A DNA stretch of 64,000 nt from Acidimicrobiia bacterium (GCA_041576165.1 JBFGLM010000008.1:1-64000), one strand, 5' to 3'. Positions 18,340-28,712 are shown, numbered from the stretch's first letter. Notes: generated from the letters alone by a model not told the origin. Numbers and translations: made by a program.

Positions 18340-19164
18340 ATGGGTCGAATGGCAAACTCGATAGAAATCGCCAAAGCCTCCTGGCAGGTACTCAAGGCCG
18401 ACAAGGAACTCCTGGTGCTGCCGGTTATCTCCGCCGTGGCGTCGATCATCGTGGCGGTGACGTTCATAGTGCCGCTAGCCATCTCCGGCGGATTCGAGGA
18501 GGGGAGCTTGTCACCAATGTCCTACGTGGTGATGTTCCTCATGTATGTGGTGCTGGCCTACATCACGATCTTCTTCAACGCGGCCCTCGTGGATGCCGCC
18601 AACGACCGGCTGAAAGGCGGTGATCCCACGGCGGGAACCGCCCTGGCCGGCGCCCGGCTGCGAGCCGGCAAGATCCTGCCTTGGGCGATCGTCTCGGCCA
18701 CGGTCTCGGTCATCCTGCGGGCGATCGAAGAGCGGGCCGGGTTCGTGGGCCAGATCATCGCCGGCCTGGCCGGGCTGGCGTGGACCGTGGTCACGTTCCT
18801 GGTGCTGCCGATCATCGTGATAGAAGGGTTGAGTGTCGGGGACGCGATCAAGAAGTCCTCCGAGCTGTTCAAACGCACATGGGGTGAGAACCTGGCAGCG
18901 CAGGTGGGGTTCAGCATCCTTGGCTTTGTGGCAATCCTGCCGGCCGTGGCGCTGGTGTTCCTCGGTGCTGCGTTGGGAAGTGCCGGGATCGCAGTTGGGA
19001 TCGGCTTGGGGGTGGTCTGGGTGATCGTGGTGGCGGTCGTGCTTGCGGCCCTCAGCGTTGTGTTCCAGACCGCCCTGTACCACTTTGCCGCCACCGGCCA
19101 GGTCCCGGGCGCCTACTTCGGTCCGACCACCCTGCAACAGGCTTTCGCCCCCCGCCGCCGATGA
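18340..19164 (+). CDS. DUF6159-like membrane protein
   Basis: SWQVLKADKELLVLP, FFNAAL and LFKRTWGE; several TM segments. Confidence 0.82.
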   Translation: MGRMANSIEIAKASWQVLKADKELLVLPVISAVASIIVAVTFIVPLAISGGFEEGSLSPMSYVVMFLMYVVLAYITIFFNAALVDAANDRLKGGDPTAGTALAGARLRAGKILPWAIVSATVSVILRAIEERAGFVGQIIAGLAGLAWTVVTFLVLPIIVIEGLSVGDAIKKSSELFKRTWGENLAAQVGFSILGFVAILPAVALVFLGAALGSAGIAVGIGLGVVWVIVVAVVLAALSVVFQTALYHFAATGQVPGAYFGPTTLQQAFAPRRR

Positions 19165-19242
19165 CGTCGGCGGCCGCTGAAAATCTGAGAACTTTTACCA
19201 CTTCTCGCCGTCTGAACGGCGGTCAAAGTGTGGGAGGAGCAT

Positions 19243-19665
19243 ATGGCCGCCATAGACACAATTGAAGGCGTTGGACCTGCGTACGCCAGGAAGCTGCGCC
19301 AAGCGGGAATACGGACGTGCGAGGCACTTTTGAAGCGAGGGGCCTCGAAGAAGGGTCGGAAGCAGATTGCTGAAGCGACCGGGTTCTCCGCTGCCACCGT
19401 CCTCGAGTGGGTCAACCGGGCGGATCTGATGCGGGTCAGAGGTGTGGGTTCGGAATACAGCGATCTGCTAGAGGCCGCCGGAGTCGACACGGTGAAAGAG
19501 TTGCGCAACCGCAATGCGATGAACCTGACCGCTGCCATGGTGCAGGCCAATCAGGAGAAGATCGCGTTGACAGGCCGCTCGATCGTTCGTCGGGTGCCGG
19601 CCATCTCGATGGTCGAGCGCTGGGTGGAGCACGCGAAGCAGCTCGAGCCGGTCGTCACTTATTGA
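19243..19665 (+). CDS. DUF4332-like (HhH) protein
   Basis: IEGVGPAYARKL, WVNRADLMRVRGVG, LLEAAGVDTVKEL; GGAGG RBS. Confidence 0.85.
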   Translation: MAAIDTIEGVGPAYARKLRQAGIRTCEALLKRGASKKGRKQIAEATGFSAATVLEWVNRADLMRVRGVGSEYSDLLEAAGVDTVKELRNRNAMNLTAAMVQANQEKIALTGRSIVRRVPAISMVERWVEHAKQLEPVVTY

Positions 19666-19748
19666 TCCACGGCCGGACGAGACCGCGTCGCAGCCGGCGA
19701 CCCCGCGTGGAACAGACCACGAAGTGATGGTGGGGACATCGGCCGTGA

Positions 19749-20408
19749 TGGCTGATCGCCTGGCTGCGAGATAGCGGCGTCACCGGCGCCACGGTCGCTG
19801 CGGATGGGATCGAGCACCCGCATATCCTCACGGCGGTGCATGCGGGCCCAGAGCCCGTCGATCGTGAGGCCGTCAAAGAGTTGTTCTTCAGAGCCGCCGC
19901 CACTCGCAAGGTGGCCATCTTGTTCTCGACGGCAGGTTTCAGCCGGTTGGCTGCTCGCTGGGCCGCTGCCGCAGACGTCGGCCTGGTGGCAACCTCGGCG
20001 GGGTGTAGTCCCAAGCCCGATCCGCGGGCGGGCGTGCTCGCAATGCAGAGCGACGAGGGCTGGCGGCGGCTCCTGGTGTCGCTTCTCCACCTGCCCCGGG
20101 CCGGATCAGTGGAGGGTGTTGCTCTCGCAGCAGATTCCTCCTGGCGAATCGTGCGTCTTGGGTGGCGTGAGTATCAACTCGACACCGACCCGGACGGTGC
20201 TGCTCCGAACCTGCGCCCCGTGCGCAACCTCCGCGGAAGACCGGAGAGTGTGGTCGACGCGCTGCGCACCATGCTCACCGGACCGCTCGAGGACCTCGCC
20301 CGGTTTTCCCCGGCGGTGATTGGTAGCCGGTGCTTTCCCCGGCGGTGGTGCGGCATCGCCGGCGCAGGTATCCCGGGCGTCACGACCAGAGGGGCTGATC
20401 GATCGTGA
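19749..20408 (+). pseudogene. Degenerate Mrr-like restriction endonuclease domain
   Basis: VDREAVKEL...AILFSTAGFSRLAARWAAAADVGL resembles the Mrr_cat C-terminus; upstream in-frame stops and no good start. Confidence 0.4.
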
Positions 20409-21024
20409 AGCTCAGATCGTGGCCCCAGTGGTCGGCATAGGCGATCTCGTGGGCGGGACGCCGTTTCGCCAGGCCCCAACGGCCGAGTGGATAGCCGCAC
20501 GATACGCCGGCATTGAGCATCCAACCCTTCTCTGTAGGAACCGAGAGCAGGTCCGCTACCTCCGACTGCTTGAAGATGCCGAGGACGGTTGTGAGGCACG
20601 TCCCGACGCCGTGACCGCGTGCAGCCAGCATCGCACTCCACACACTCGGATAGATGGAGGCGCCGCTCGGATCGTTACGCGAATACGCCATCAGCCACAT
20701 TGGCACTTGTTCGAAGTTCTCCGCCAACCAGTCACTCGAACCCAGCACCCGCAAGGTGTCCCGATCGCCATGCGCCAATGCGGCTTCGCGGCGGCCTTTG
20801 TACAGCGTCTCGTGGAGCTGCTGCCAGGCGTCCCGATACAGCGGTCCGAGCTCGGCTCGTAGGTCCGGGTCGGTCACGACGACAAACCGCCAGTTTTGAC
20901 TGTTTCCACCTGACGGAGCTCGGACGGCTGCGTCGAGGATTGAAGCGACGACGTGCTCCGGGATGGGGTCAGGCCTCACCCGACGCATCGCCCGGGTCGT
21001 GTAGAGCGCTTCGGTCAGATCCAC
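20380..21024 (-). CDS. Nitroreductase family protein
   Basis: TTRAMRR, APSGGNSQNWRF and LAARGHGVGT motifs. Confidence 0.9.
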   Translation of the reverse strand: MDLTEALYTTRAMRRVRPDPIPEHVVASILDAAVRAPSGGNSQNWRFVVVTDPDLRAELGPLYRDAWQQLHETLYKGRREAALAHGDRDTLRVLGSSDWLAENFEQVPMWLMAYSRNDPSGASIYPSVWSAMLAARGHGVGTCLTTVLGIFKQSEVADLLSVPTEKGWMLNAGVSCGYPLGRWGLAKRRPAHEIAYADHWGHDLSFTIDQPLWS

Positions 21025-21057
21025 AATCGAGCTCCTTTGATGCCACGGCGCCCGGCC

Positions 21058-21834
21058 TCAGCCGGCGCCACCGGATTGGGACGCAGCGGCCGTTGTCGGC
21101 TTGTCCAGAGACGGCCCGTACAGCTCCACTGGCCGATTGCGGCGAAGGCGGATGTTGAGGAGCTCCACGAGGACCGAGAATGCCATGGCGAAATAGATGT
21201 AGCCCTTGGGGATCTCGACGTGGAACGCCTCCATCACCAGCGAGGCACCGATCAAGAGCAGGAAGCTGAGCGCCAGCATCTTGACGGTGGGATGCCGCTC
21301 CACGAAGTCCGCGATGGGTTTGGCCAGCACCATCATGACCAGGACGGCCACGATGACCGCCGCCACCATGACCGCGATCTCCTCGGCCAGCCCTATTGCC
21401 GTGATGACCGAATCCAGCGAGAACACAATGTCGATCAGCAGGATCTGGATGATGACCGAGGCAAAACTCGCCGCCACTGTCGGTCCGTGCCCATGCTCTG
21501 CCCCCTCCAGGCTGCCGTGGATCTCCCACGTGGCTTTGCCCAGCAGGAACAGACCGCCTGCCAGCAGGATCAGGCCCTGCCCGGATATCTCGGTGTTGAA
21601 CAGCTCGAACAGAGGTTCTGTGAGTCCCAACAGCCAGCCCAGCGACAGCAACAGCAGGACGCGCATGCCCATCGCGAGTGACAGGCCGACAATCTGCCCG
21701 CGTCGTTGCTGCTCGACGGGCAGTTTGCCGGTGAGGACCGTGATGAAGACGATGTTGTCGATGCCAAGCACGATCTCGAGCACCGCCAGCGTGACGAACG
21801 AGATCCACACTTCAGGATTGGTCAAGAGTTCCAC
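21058..21834 (-). CDS. TerC family membrane protein
   Basis: LEIVLGIDN, DIVFSLDSVITA and PKGYIYFAMAFS motifs. Confidence 0.95.
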   Translation of the reverse strand: MELLTNPEVWISFVTLAVLEIVLGIDNIVFITVLTGKLPVEQQRRGQIVGLSLAMGMRVLLLLSLGWLLGLTEPLFELFNTEISGQGLILLAGGLFLLGKATWEIHGSLEGAEHGHGPTVAASFASVIIQILLIDIVFSLDSVITAIGLAEEIAVMVAAVIVAVLVMMVLAKPIADFVERHPTVKMLALSFLLLIGASLVMEAFHVEIPKGYIYFAMAFSVLVELLNIRLRRNRPVELYGPSLDKPTTAAASQSGGAG

Positions 21835-21980
21835 GGGCAGAGAAGCTAGGCCCTCGCGCGCGTCGACTCAACTTCGAGGGCGGCTCAATCGAGCAGGCCG
21901 GGGTCGGGTCGGAGCAGCAACATGCCACGACGTGCGATAACGTGCCTGTCTAATCCAGCGCCCCACCACGGAGGTACGAG

Positions 21981-23192
21981 GTGACCACCGGAGCCTTTCT
22001 GCATCCTTTCGCGCCGCCCCGGCAGACCGACTTCTTGCGGATCGTTGGCGGCGAGGGCTCGACCGTGTGGGACGACGCAGGGAATCGGTATCTCGATGCG
22101 ATGGCGAGCCTGTGGTACATGAACGTCGGCCACGGCCGTCCGGAGATGGTCGAGGCCATTCGGGCTCAGGCCGAGACGCTGGCCAGCTATCACACCTTCA
22201 GTCCCTTTTCCAACCGGCCGGCTGAGGAACTGGCAGAAAAGATCGCGTCGCTGGCCCCGATGCCCGATTCGAGAGTCTTCTTTTGCGATTCGGGATCCGA
22301 GGCGGTCGACTCGGCGATGAAGATCGCCCGTATCGCCCAGCGGGAAGCAGGCTGGCACGATCGACAGGTGATCATCAGCCGCGAGCACGGCTACCACGGG
22401 GTGAACTACGGCGGTACGAGCGCCCAGGGAATCCCGATCAACCGTGAGGGGTTTGGACCGTTGGTGGGCGGAGTGGTCAATGTGCCGGCGGGCAACACCG
22501 AAGCCATCGCGCAGGTGTTTGCAGAATATGAGGATGAGGTGGCGGCGGTGCTCACTGAACCGGTGCAGGGCGCCGGCGGCGTCTATCCGCCTCCCGAGGG
22601 CTACCTTCAAGCCCTGCGCCAGCTGTGCGACACCCACAATGCCTATTTGATCGTCGACGAGGTCATCACTGGTTTCGGGCGCCTGGGGGAGTGGTTCGGC
22701 TCAGAGTTCTACGGAATCGCCCCGGACATGATCACCTTCGCCAAGGCGGTCACCTCCGGCTACCAGCCGCTGGGCGGAGTCATCGTGGGTGCCAAGGTGC
22801 GGGCGGCGTTGGAAGCCAACGAGGGTTTCGTTCTGAAGCATGGCTACACGTATTCCGGCCATCCGACCGCCACCGCTGCTGGGTTGGAGGCGATTGCCAT
22901 CCAGGAGCGAGAGGGTTTGGTCGAGCGCGCCCGTCACGTGGGCGAAAGACTCGCCAAGGGCCTGTACAGCTTGGCTGACGACGGCCTGATAGCTGAAGTG
23001 CGGGGTGTCGGTGCGGTGTGGGCAGTGGCGCTCACCGAATCTCACGACGCGGATACGGTGCGGGACGAGGTCCTGGCAAAGGGTGTGATCGTTCGGCCGC
23101 TGGGCAACAGCCTCGCCATGTGCCCGCCCCTGGTCATGACCGATGACGAAGTCGACCGGGTTGTCGACGTCCTGGCGGACACACTGGCCTGA
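21981..23192 (+). CDS. Class III PLP-dependent aminotransferase
   Basis: SGSEAVD, GYHG, EPVQGAGG, DEVITGFGR and FAKAVTSG motifs. Confidence 0.93.
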   Translation: MTTGAFLHPFAPPRQTDFLRIVGGEGSTVWDDAGNRYLDAMASLWYMNVGHGRPEMVEAIRAQAETLASYHTFSPFSNRPAEELAEKIASLAPMPDSRVFFCDSGSEAVDSAMKIARIAQREAGWHDRQVIISREHGYHGVNYGGTSAQGIPINREGFGPLVGGVVNVPAGNTEAIAQVFAEYEDEVAAVLTEPVQGAGGVYPPPEGYLQALRQLCDTHNAYLIVDEVITGFGRLGEWFGSEFYGIAPDMITFAKAVTSGYQPLGGVIVGAKVRAALEANEGFVLKHGYTYSGHPTATAAGLEAIAIQEREGLVERARHVGERLAKGLYSLADDGLIAEVRGVGAVWAVALTESHDADTVRDEVLAKGVIVRPLGNSLAMCPPLVMTDDEVDRVVDVLADTLA

Positions 23193-23232
23193 AGCGAGAG
23201 TCCTGCACGCTCCAGCGGTCCGTCGCCAACCC

Positions 23233-23260
23233 TCAAGCACTGTCGCAAATGGGCCGATCA
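23233..23260 (+). promoter_or_regulatory. Sigma-28-like promoter
   Basis: TCAA-N16-GCCGATCA; ATG 7 nt downstream. Confidence 0.65.
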
Positions 23261-23267
23261 ACCCAGC

Positions 23268-24923
23268 ATGGGAAGACGGGTGCGGTTCGTCGCATTTGGG
23301 ACGCTTCTGTTGCTGCAGGCAGCAACCATCTTCGCGCTCTGGTCGGTGTCCGGTCAGGCGAGCGCCGACGCGGTTGAACAGCATCTCGAGGCACTCCTCC
23401 TCACTGCAGCCGAGGAAGCCGCGATCCACACCACCGAGTTCATCGGTCCGGCCGAGGACACCATCACCGTTACAGCCGGCTTGGTGGGTGAGGCCGTAAT
23501 TGATGCTCCGAACCTCGAAGAAGCCTTCCTGCAGCAGCTCTTGCGTAACCCTCAACTGGCCGGGCTGTATGTCGCGTCGATGAATGGAGACTTCTATTTC
23601 GTCTCGCGAACGCCAGGCGGGATCCAGACCAAGGTGATCTCCCACGGGGATGGCGGGCGCCGCGTGGAGATCACCAGCCGGGATGAGCAAGGTCGGGGGC
23701 CGCAAACCATGATCGAGCCTGACGACGGTTATGACCCCCGGACCCGTCCTTGGTTTGAACTGGCGATGGCCGCCGACGGGGAGATCAGCTGGACCGATCC
23801 TTATGTGTTCTTCACCTCACGGCGCCTGGGAACGACCGCCTCTGTGCCGGTGGTCGTGGACGGGTCCGTCGTCGGAGTTGTTGGAGCCGACATCGAACTG
23901 GATGCGCTCTCCGAGTTCTTGACGACGCTGCGCATCGGCGAGCGGGGCGGGGCCGTGATCACGACGTCGAAAGGGACGGTGGTCGCCCACCCGGATCCCA
24001 GTCAGACTCGCAGCTTGGGGCCGCTGGGGATTCTCGAACCCACGATGTTGTCGGATCTCCCCGACGAGACGGCGCGGCTGGCTGCACAGGTAGTGCGGGC
24101 TGGGGGGAGCAACGCAGTAGCGAAGGTCCTGCCGTTCGAAGCCGCCGGCGGCAGCTTCCGGGCGGTCGGACGAAACATCGCCACTGGCGATTCCACATGG
24201 TCGATCGTGATCCACGCTGACGAGTCGGATTTCGTCGGAACGATTCAGCAGGCCCAGCAGCGTGACCGGCAACTGCTGCTGGGTATCGGCGTGCTTGCTC
24301 TGGCACTCGGCGCGGGAGCGCTGTTCCCTGCGACGAAGCCGCTCGAACGCCTGGCCTTGCAGGCGGCCACCGATCCGCTCACACAGCTGGATAATCGACG
24401 CACGATCATGGCCAAGGCAGACATTGCCGCGCGCGACAACTGCGACCGGTGCTTCGTGATCATTGATCTCGATCGTTTCAAGCGAGTGAACGACCGGCAC
24501 GGCCACGTCATCGGAGACCAGGTGCTCGAGGCGGTGGCCGGGCGGCTGGTACGGGCGATCCGTCCCACTGACTCGGTCGGCCGGATCGGTGGAGAGGAAT
24601 TCCTGATGATTCTCAACGGGGCCACATGGGAGCAGGCCGAGCCGATTGTCGATCGAGCACGGAATGCGATCCGGTCGACACCGATTCATACGGCCGCCGG
24701 CGTGCTCGACCTGACGGCTTCCTTTGGCGTAGCACACGCTACAGAGGCCAGCGAACGGGCGGTGCTGCTGAGCGTCGCCGACGAAGCGTTGCTGCAAGCC
24801 AAACGCCTGGGCCGGGACCGCGTGCGGGTGGTGCAGGTGAGCGACACCCCGAGCCGGGTCACTATCGACCTCACCGAGACCACGTCGGTCACCCGTGTCG
24901 CCCCGGCCGATCCCGATCTATAA
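23268..24923 (+). CDS. Diguanylate cyclase with dCache sensor
   Basis: TM, Cache domain (YDPRTRPWF, WTDPY), TM, then TDPLT, DLDRFKRVND, RPTD I-site and GGEEF. Confidence 0.93.
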   Translation: MGRRVRFVAFGTLLLLQAATIFALWSVSGQASADAVEQHLEALLLTAAEEAAIHTTEFIGPAEDTITVTAGLVGEAVIDAPNLEEAFLQQLLRNPQLAGLYVASMNGDFYFVSRTPGGIQTKVISHGDGGRRVEITSRDEQGRGPQTMIEPDDGYDPRTRPWFELAMAADGEISWTDPYVFFTSRRLGTTASVPVVVDGSVVGVVGADIELDALSEFLTTLRIGERGGAVITTSKGTVVAHPDPSQTRSLGPLGILEPTMLSDLPDETARLAAQVVRAGGSNAVAKVLPFEAAGGSFRAVGRNIATGDSTWSIVIHADESDFVGTIQQAQQRDRQLLLGIGVLALALGAGALFPATKPLERLALQAATDPLTQLDNRRTIMAKADIAARDNCDRCFVIIDLDRFKRVNDRHGHVIGDQVLEAVAGRLVRAIRPTDSVGRIGGEEFLMILNGATWEQAEPIVDRARNAIRSTPIHTAAGVLDLTASFGVAHATEASERAVLLSVADEALLQAKRLGRDRVRVVQVSDTPSRVTIDLTETTSVTRVAPADPDL

Positions 24924-25045
24924 CCCAGGTCGAGCTGAGCCTTCCCCTGGCCACAGTGCCGGAGCGCAATGTCAATCCGATGTACCTGAGGCGCGCCCCG
25001 GCTCCACCGATTAGCGTGCCGTCGACTTGCATCAAGGGGGATGCG

Positions 25046-26029
25046 GTGAAGATCTTCCTGACCGGGGCGTCCGGCTTCGTCGGCGGCGCCCTCTTGCGCT
25101 CGTTCTCGAGCGAATATCATGTGCTGGCGATGGCTCGCACCCCGGCGGCCGAAGAGTCAGTCGGTGCCAACGGTGCTGAACCAGTTCCCGTCGCCTTGTC
25201 GAATGTGACGGCCGCTGACCTGGCCGGCTGCGACGTGGTCGTCCATTGCGCGGCACTGACCGACGAGTGGGCCCCTCCGGCTGAGTATCTCTCGGTGAAC
25301 GCAATCGGTACCCGACGGCTGCTCCAGGCAGCTCGGCGGGCGGGCGCTCACCGTTTCGTGCACATCAGCAGCGACTCGGCACTCTTCCGCGGAAAACCCA
25401 TGGTCGGCGTGAACGAGGATTGGCCGCTGGCCACGGACTCGCCATACGGGTATGCGCGGTCCAAAGCACTGGCCGAGTTGGCTGTCCGCCAAGCCAATGA
25501 CCCGGGGGCCGGCTTCGAAACAATCGTTATCCGACCTCTTCTGGTGTGGGGTCCGGGTGACCGGGCGGTACTGCCCCAATTGGCGGAGATGGCTGCGCGA
25601 GATGCTTTTGTGTGGATAGGAGGCGGGCGCGCCCGGCTGACCGCGACCCACATCGACAATCTGATCCACGGCATCCGGCTGGCCATCGAACGCGGATTCC
25701 CGGGCGAGGTGTACTTCATCACCGACCGTGAGACGCATACGATCCGCACGTTCCTGACCCGCTATGCCCGGGCCGCCGGCGTCACCTTGCCCCAGCGGTC
25801 GGCGCCGGCGTGGGTGGTTCGCCCGGTTGCCTGGATGGTCGAGTCGCTCTGGCGTGTGTTCCGCCCCGGGGCTGCGCCCCCGCTCAGCCGATTCGCGGCA
25901 GCAACGCTGAGTTGCGACGTCACGGTCGCCAGCGACAAAGCAGCCCGCCACCTCGGCTATTCACCGGTTATCGGCTTCGAGGCCGGTCTGGACGGGATGA
26001 CTGCGGGCGGTCGAGCAGCACCGGCCTGA
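25046..26029 (+). CDS. NAD-dependent epimerase / 3-beta-HSD-like SDR
   Basis: LTGASGFVG, YARSK and RPLLVWGPGD motifs. Confidence 0.9.
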   Translation: MKIFLTGASGFVGGALLRSFSSEYHVLAMARTPAAEESVGANGAEPVPVALSNVTAADLAGCDVVVHCAALTDEWAPPAEYLSVNAIGTRRLLQAARRAGAHRFVHISSDSALFRGKPMVGVNEDWPLATDSPYGYARSKALAELAVRQANDPGAGFETIVIRPLLVWGPGDRAVLPQLAEMAARDAFVWIGGGRARLTATHIDNLIHGIRLAIERGFPGEVYFITDRETHTIRTFLTRYARAAGVTLPQRSAPAWVVRPVAWMVESLWRVFRPGAAPPLSRFAAATLSCDVTVASDKAARHLGYSPVIGFEAGLDGMTAGGRAAPA

Positions 26030-26057
26030 GAGCGCCGCCGGGCGTCCCGCCGCAGGG

Positions 26058-26489
26058 TCACTGGGTGATGTACCGCTCCAGGTCGACGATCAGCGATTGC
26101 TGGGACTCGATGATGGAACGGACGACGTCTCCGATCGAGATCACTCCCACCACCGCGCCATCCTCCACCACCGGCAGGTGGCGGAACCGGCCTTCGGTCA
26201 TGAGCTCCATGCACCGCTCGACATCGTCATCCAACCCGACGGTCGTAACGAGGCTGGTCATGATGGCGGCGACCTTGGTCTGGGCCGAGGTCCGCTGCTC
26301 GAGGATCACCTTGCGCGCGTAGTCGCGCTCGGACATGATGCCGGCCAGCTGGTCGCCATCCATCACGATGACTGCGCCGATATTGTGTTCGGCCATCACC
26401 TTGAGCGCGTCGTAGACGGTGGAATCCGGTGCCACTGCCAGAACGTCACTACCTTTGCGGTCGATTAGCCCTCTAACGGTCCTACGCAC
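26058..26489 (-). CDS. CBS-domain pair protein
   Basis: GIMSERDY, RHLPVV and SIGDVV motifs. Confidence 0.92.
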   Translation of the reverse strand: MRRTVRGLIDRKGSDVLAVAPDSTVYDALKVMAEHNIGAVIVMDGDQLAGIMSERDYARKVILEQRTSAQTKVAAIMTSLVTTVGLDDDVERCMELMTEGRFRHLPVVEDGAVVGVISIGDVVRSIIESQQSLIVDLERYITQ

Positions 26490-26591
26490 AGCTTCACCTC
26501 GCCTGACGAGTGACCCAAAAGTAGCGAAATTACCCCGGCTTGGAAGCCAGAGGCGCGAAATTGTGTCGAGAATGGCGCGTCGAGCAAGGGA

Positions 26592-28043
26592 CTAGTCCCT
26601 GATCGGGCGTGTAACCATCATGCTGCCGCGGGGGCCTCTCGCCCAGGTGGATATGATCCCGCTGAACAGGCCGGCGTCGCTTCCTACTCGCACCAGCGAT
26701 AGACCGTCGGGAGGGAATTTGGCGATCGGCCTCTCCGCCGGGCCGCTGAGCTTGTGGGCTGCTTCCAGAGTGAGGCCCTCTGCCATGCCGTCCGCCCCAC
26801 GCAGGCGATCGGCGGCCGGGCTTTCAGTGAGCTCCAGTATTCGCGCCAGGGTGTGGTGCTTCGACCAACCCCCGTGCACGAAGACCCGCATGTGCTCTGG
26901 TGACATTGCGATGAGGGCGTCGAACGCCATCGCCAGTTTGGGATGCCCCACCGTCTGCAGCGTTCTGGCGAAGGTGCGGGCCAGCGACTCGGGTTCCCGC
27001 GACAGCTGATCAACCACCGGGGTCGGCCCCTGTCCGGCGATGACCGTGACGGCACTGGCACCTGGCGGAACACCTCGGTCGGTGGCCAGCGACGGCCACG
27101 GGGAGTCCTCCTCGCGTTCGGCCACACACAACCCCCACTTGGCCGGGTGGCCCATGGTCGAGCGGTCGACCCCACCGGGGACTGCGCCCCCGATATTGCG
27201 GACGACCAGGTTTACCGCCCGGCCGATCGTGGCATTGGCCCGGTTGCCTGGCCCGAATGCGTTGTATGTCGAGTTCATACCGATGCGAGAGGCGATCGGT
27301 CCGTTCACGATGATCACCGGGCCAGAGAAGAAGGTCGTAGCGGCGACGCCGTGCATGTTGAACTCGTCGGTACAGATCGCCTCGATCGCAGTAATCACCA
27401 CCGGCAGGTACTCGGGCCGGCACCCTGCCATCACTGCATTGACCGCAATCTTTTCCACGGTGGCTGGGGCGTAGTTGGGCGGAACGTCGGCGATCTGCGT
27501 TTGTGGGGCCAGCTTCGTTCCGCTCAGCATGTGGTCCACGCGCTGCGGAGTGGGCGGGATCAGGGGGAGTCCGTCCGACCAGCCGCGCGCGAACATCGCT
27601 TCGAACTCGTCCTCGTCGGATCCGAGCTCGATACGGCGTGAAGTCAGGTCGGCGCCGCTCTCGCCGGCGAGTCTCCTCTGCACCGCCGGGTCCATCGTCA
27701 TGCTGCCGCAGCCGGGACGGTGCGGTGGCAGGTTGGCACCGAGGTCGGGCCGGTCGGTGTGACGCCTCCATTCATCTCGGTTCCAGCCGAAGGTGAGCTC
27801 AACGGCTTCTCCGTCGGTGATGCGATACAACGTCGGAGTCACCTGCGTTCCCAGGTTCCAGGAGATGGCCAGATCCTCATCGTGCACCACCGTCATGCCG
27901 GACGGGAATTCGGGATCGTCTTGGGAGACAACCGTCAAGCCGGCAGACTCCAGTTCTGCGAGCGCCGGCACGATCTCCACGCAGGTCTCACAGTCGTGCT
28001 TGACGACGGCAACCAGCCCGTCGCTCAGGCCGTGACCGGTCAT
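26592..28043 (-). CDS. Thioredoxin-like CxxC domain fused to the domain associated with UGSC proteins
   Basis: KHDCETC, PGCGS, WSDGLPLIPPT, NAVMAGC, GNRANATIGRA; ATGA overlap with the upstream UGSC gene. Confidence 0.8.
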   Translation of the reverse strand: MTGHGLSDGLVAVVKHDCETCVEIVPALAELESAGLTVVSQDDPEFPSGMTVVHDEDLAISWNLGTQVTPTLYRITDGEAVELTFGWNRDEWRRHTDRPDLGANLPPHRPGCGSMTMDPAVQRRLAGESGADLTSRRIELGSDEDEFEAMFARGWSDGLPLIPPTPQRVDHMLSGTKLAPQTQIADVPPNYAPATVEKIAVNAVMAGCRPEYLPVVITAIEAICTDEFNMHGVAATTFFSGPVIIVNGPIASRIGMNSTYNAFGPGNRANATIGRAVNLVVRNIGGAVPGGVDRSTMGHPAKWGLCVAEREEDSPWPSLATDRGVPPGASAVTVIAGQGPTPVVDQLSREPESLARTFARTLQTVGHPKLAMAFDALIAMSPEHMRVFVHGGWSKHHTLARILELTESPAADRLRGADGMAEGLTLEAAHKLSGPAERPIAKFPPDGLSLVRVGSDAGLFSGIISTWARGPRGSMMVTRPIRD

Positions 28044-28555
28044 TGGGTCAATGCCGCGACGATCGCTTCGACACTTTCGTGGGCCAAGGTCCGCAGTTCC
28101 TCGTCGGTGCGGTCCTGAATCGGGTGCGGCAGCCACACAACGGCGGGATCGACGCCAAGGGCGTTGGCCTGCGCCTCACGCGCGCTTGTGAACGGCTCAG
28201 TGGCGACGAAAACGGACGGTATACCCCGCTCTTCGAGATCGGCGACGTCGTGCACACTGCACGACACGCACGAGCCTCAGTCGGCCAGGGCTTCGATCAC
28301 CGCCCCGCAGTTCGCCGCGATCTCCGCTCTGAGGTCCGCGGGGGCGGGCTTGGCATGGGTGGGTTTGGTGTACCGGACGATCTGAGCTCCCCGGGCCGTG
28401 AGCAGGGGACCCAGGGCGTCGAGGTAGACGTTTCCCCGGGGCTTGGAGATATCGAGCAGGCCGATCCGGGCGTCTGCAATGGACGTCAGCCGTGCGGCGG
28501 GGGCGCGAGTAGCGGCGGCGGTCTCCGCGGTGGGGTCGAGTAAGACGCGTTCCAT
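28040..28555 (-). CDS. UGSC-family selenoprotein (UGA at 28277-28279)
   Basis: ALAD-TGA-GSCVSC; the two ORF halves are in frame; SECIS-like hairpin present. Confidence 0.88.
28241..28279 (-). promoter_or_regulatory. Putative bacterial SECIS element
   Basis: Perfect 8-bp stem GUCGUGCA-GUG-UGCACGAC with loop G at +20 after UGA. Confidence 0.75.
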
Positions 28556-28712
28556 GGCCGGCACGCTAGCCCAAACGACGACCGAAGACTCAGCTGGCGC
28601 GGATACAACACACCGGCCCGAGTAGCCTTTGAGTCGCAGCGAAGCGTCGGGATGCCGCTCACCCGGGGTGCCATCCGCAGGCGCACAGCAGGGAATCCAG
28701 CCAGGAGAACTC

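Noticed and set aside
19720-19750. In-frame TGAs upstream of the Mrr-like region as Sec codons
   Set aside because: Two stops, no redox motif and no SECIS-like stem
28560-28712. Riboswitch in the UGSC/lipoprotein intergenic region
   Set aside because: No recognisable aptamer consensus by eye; a covariance search would be needed
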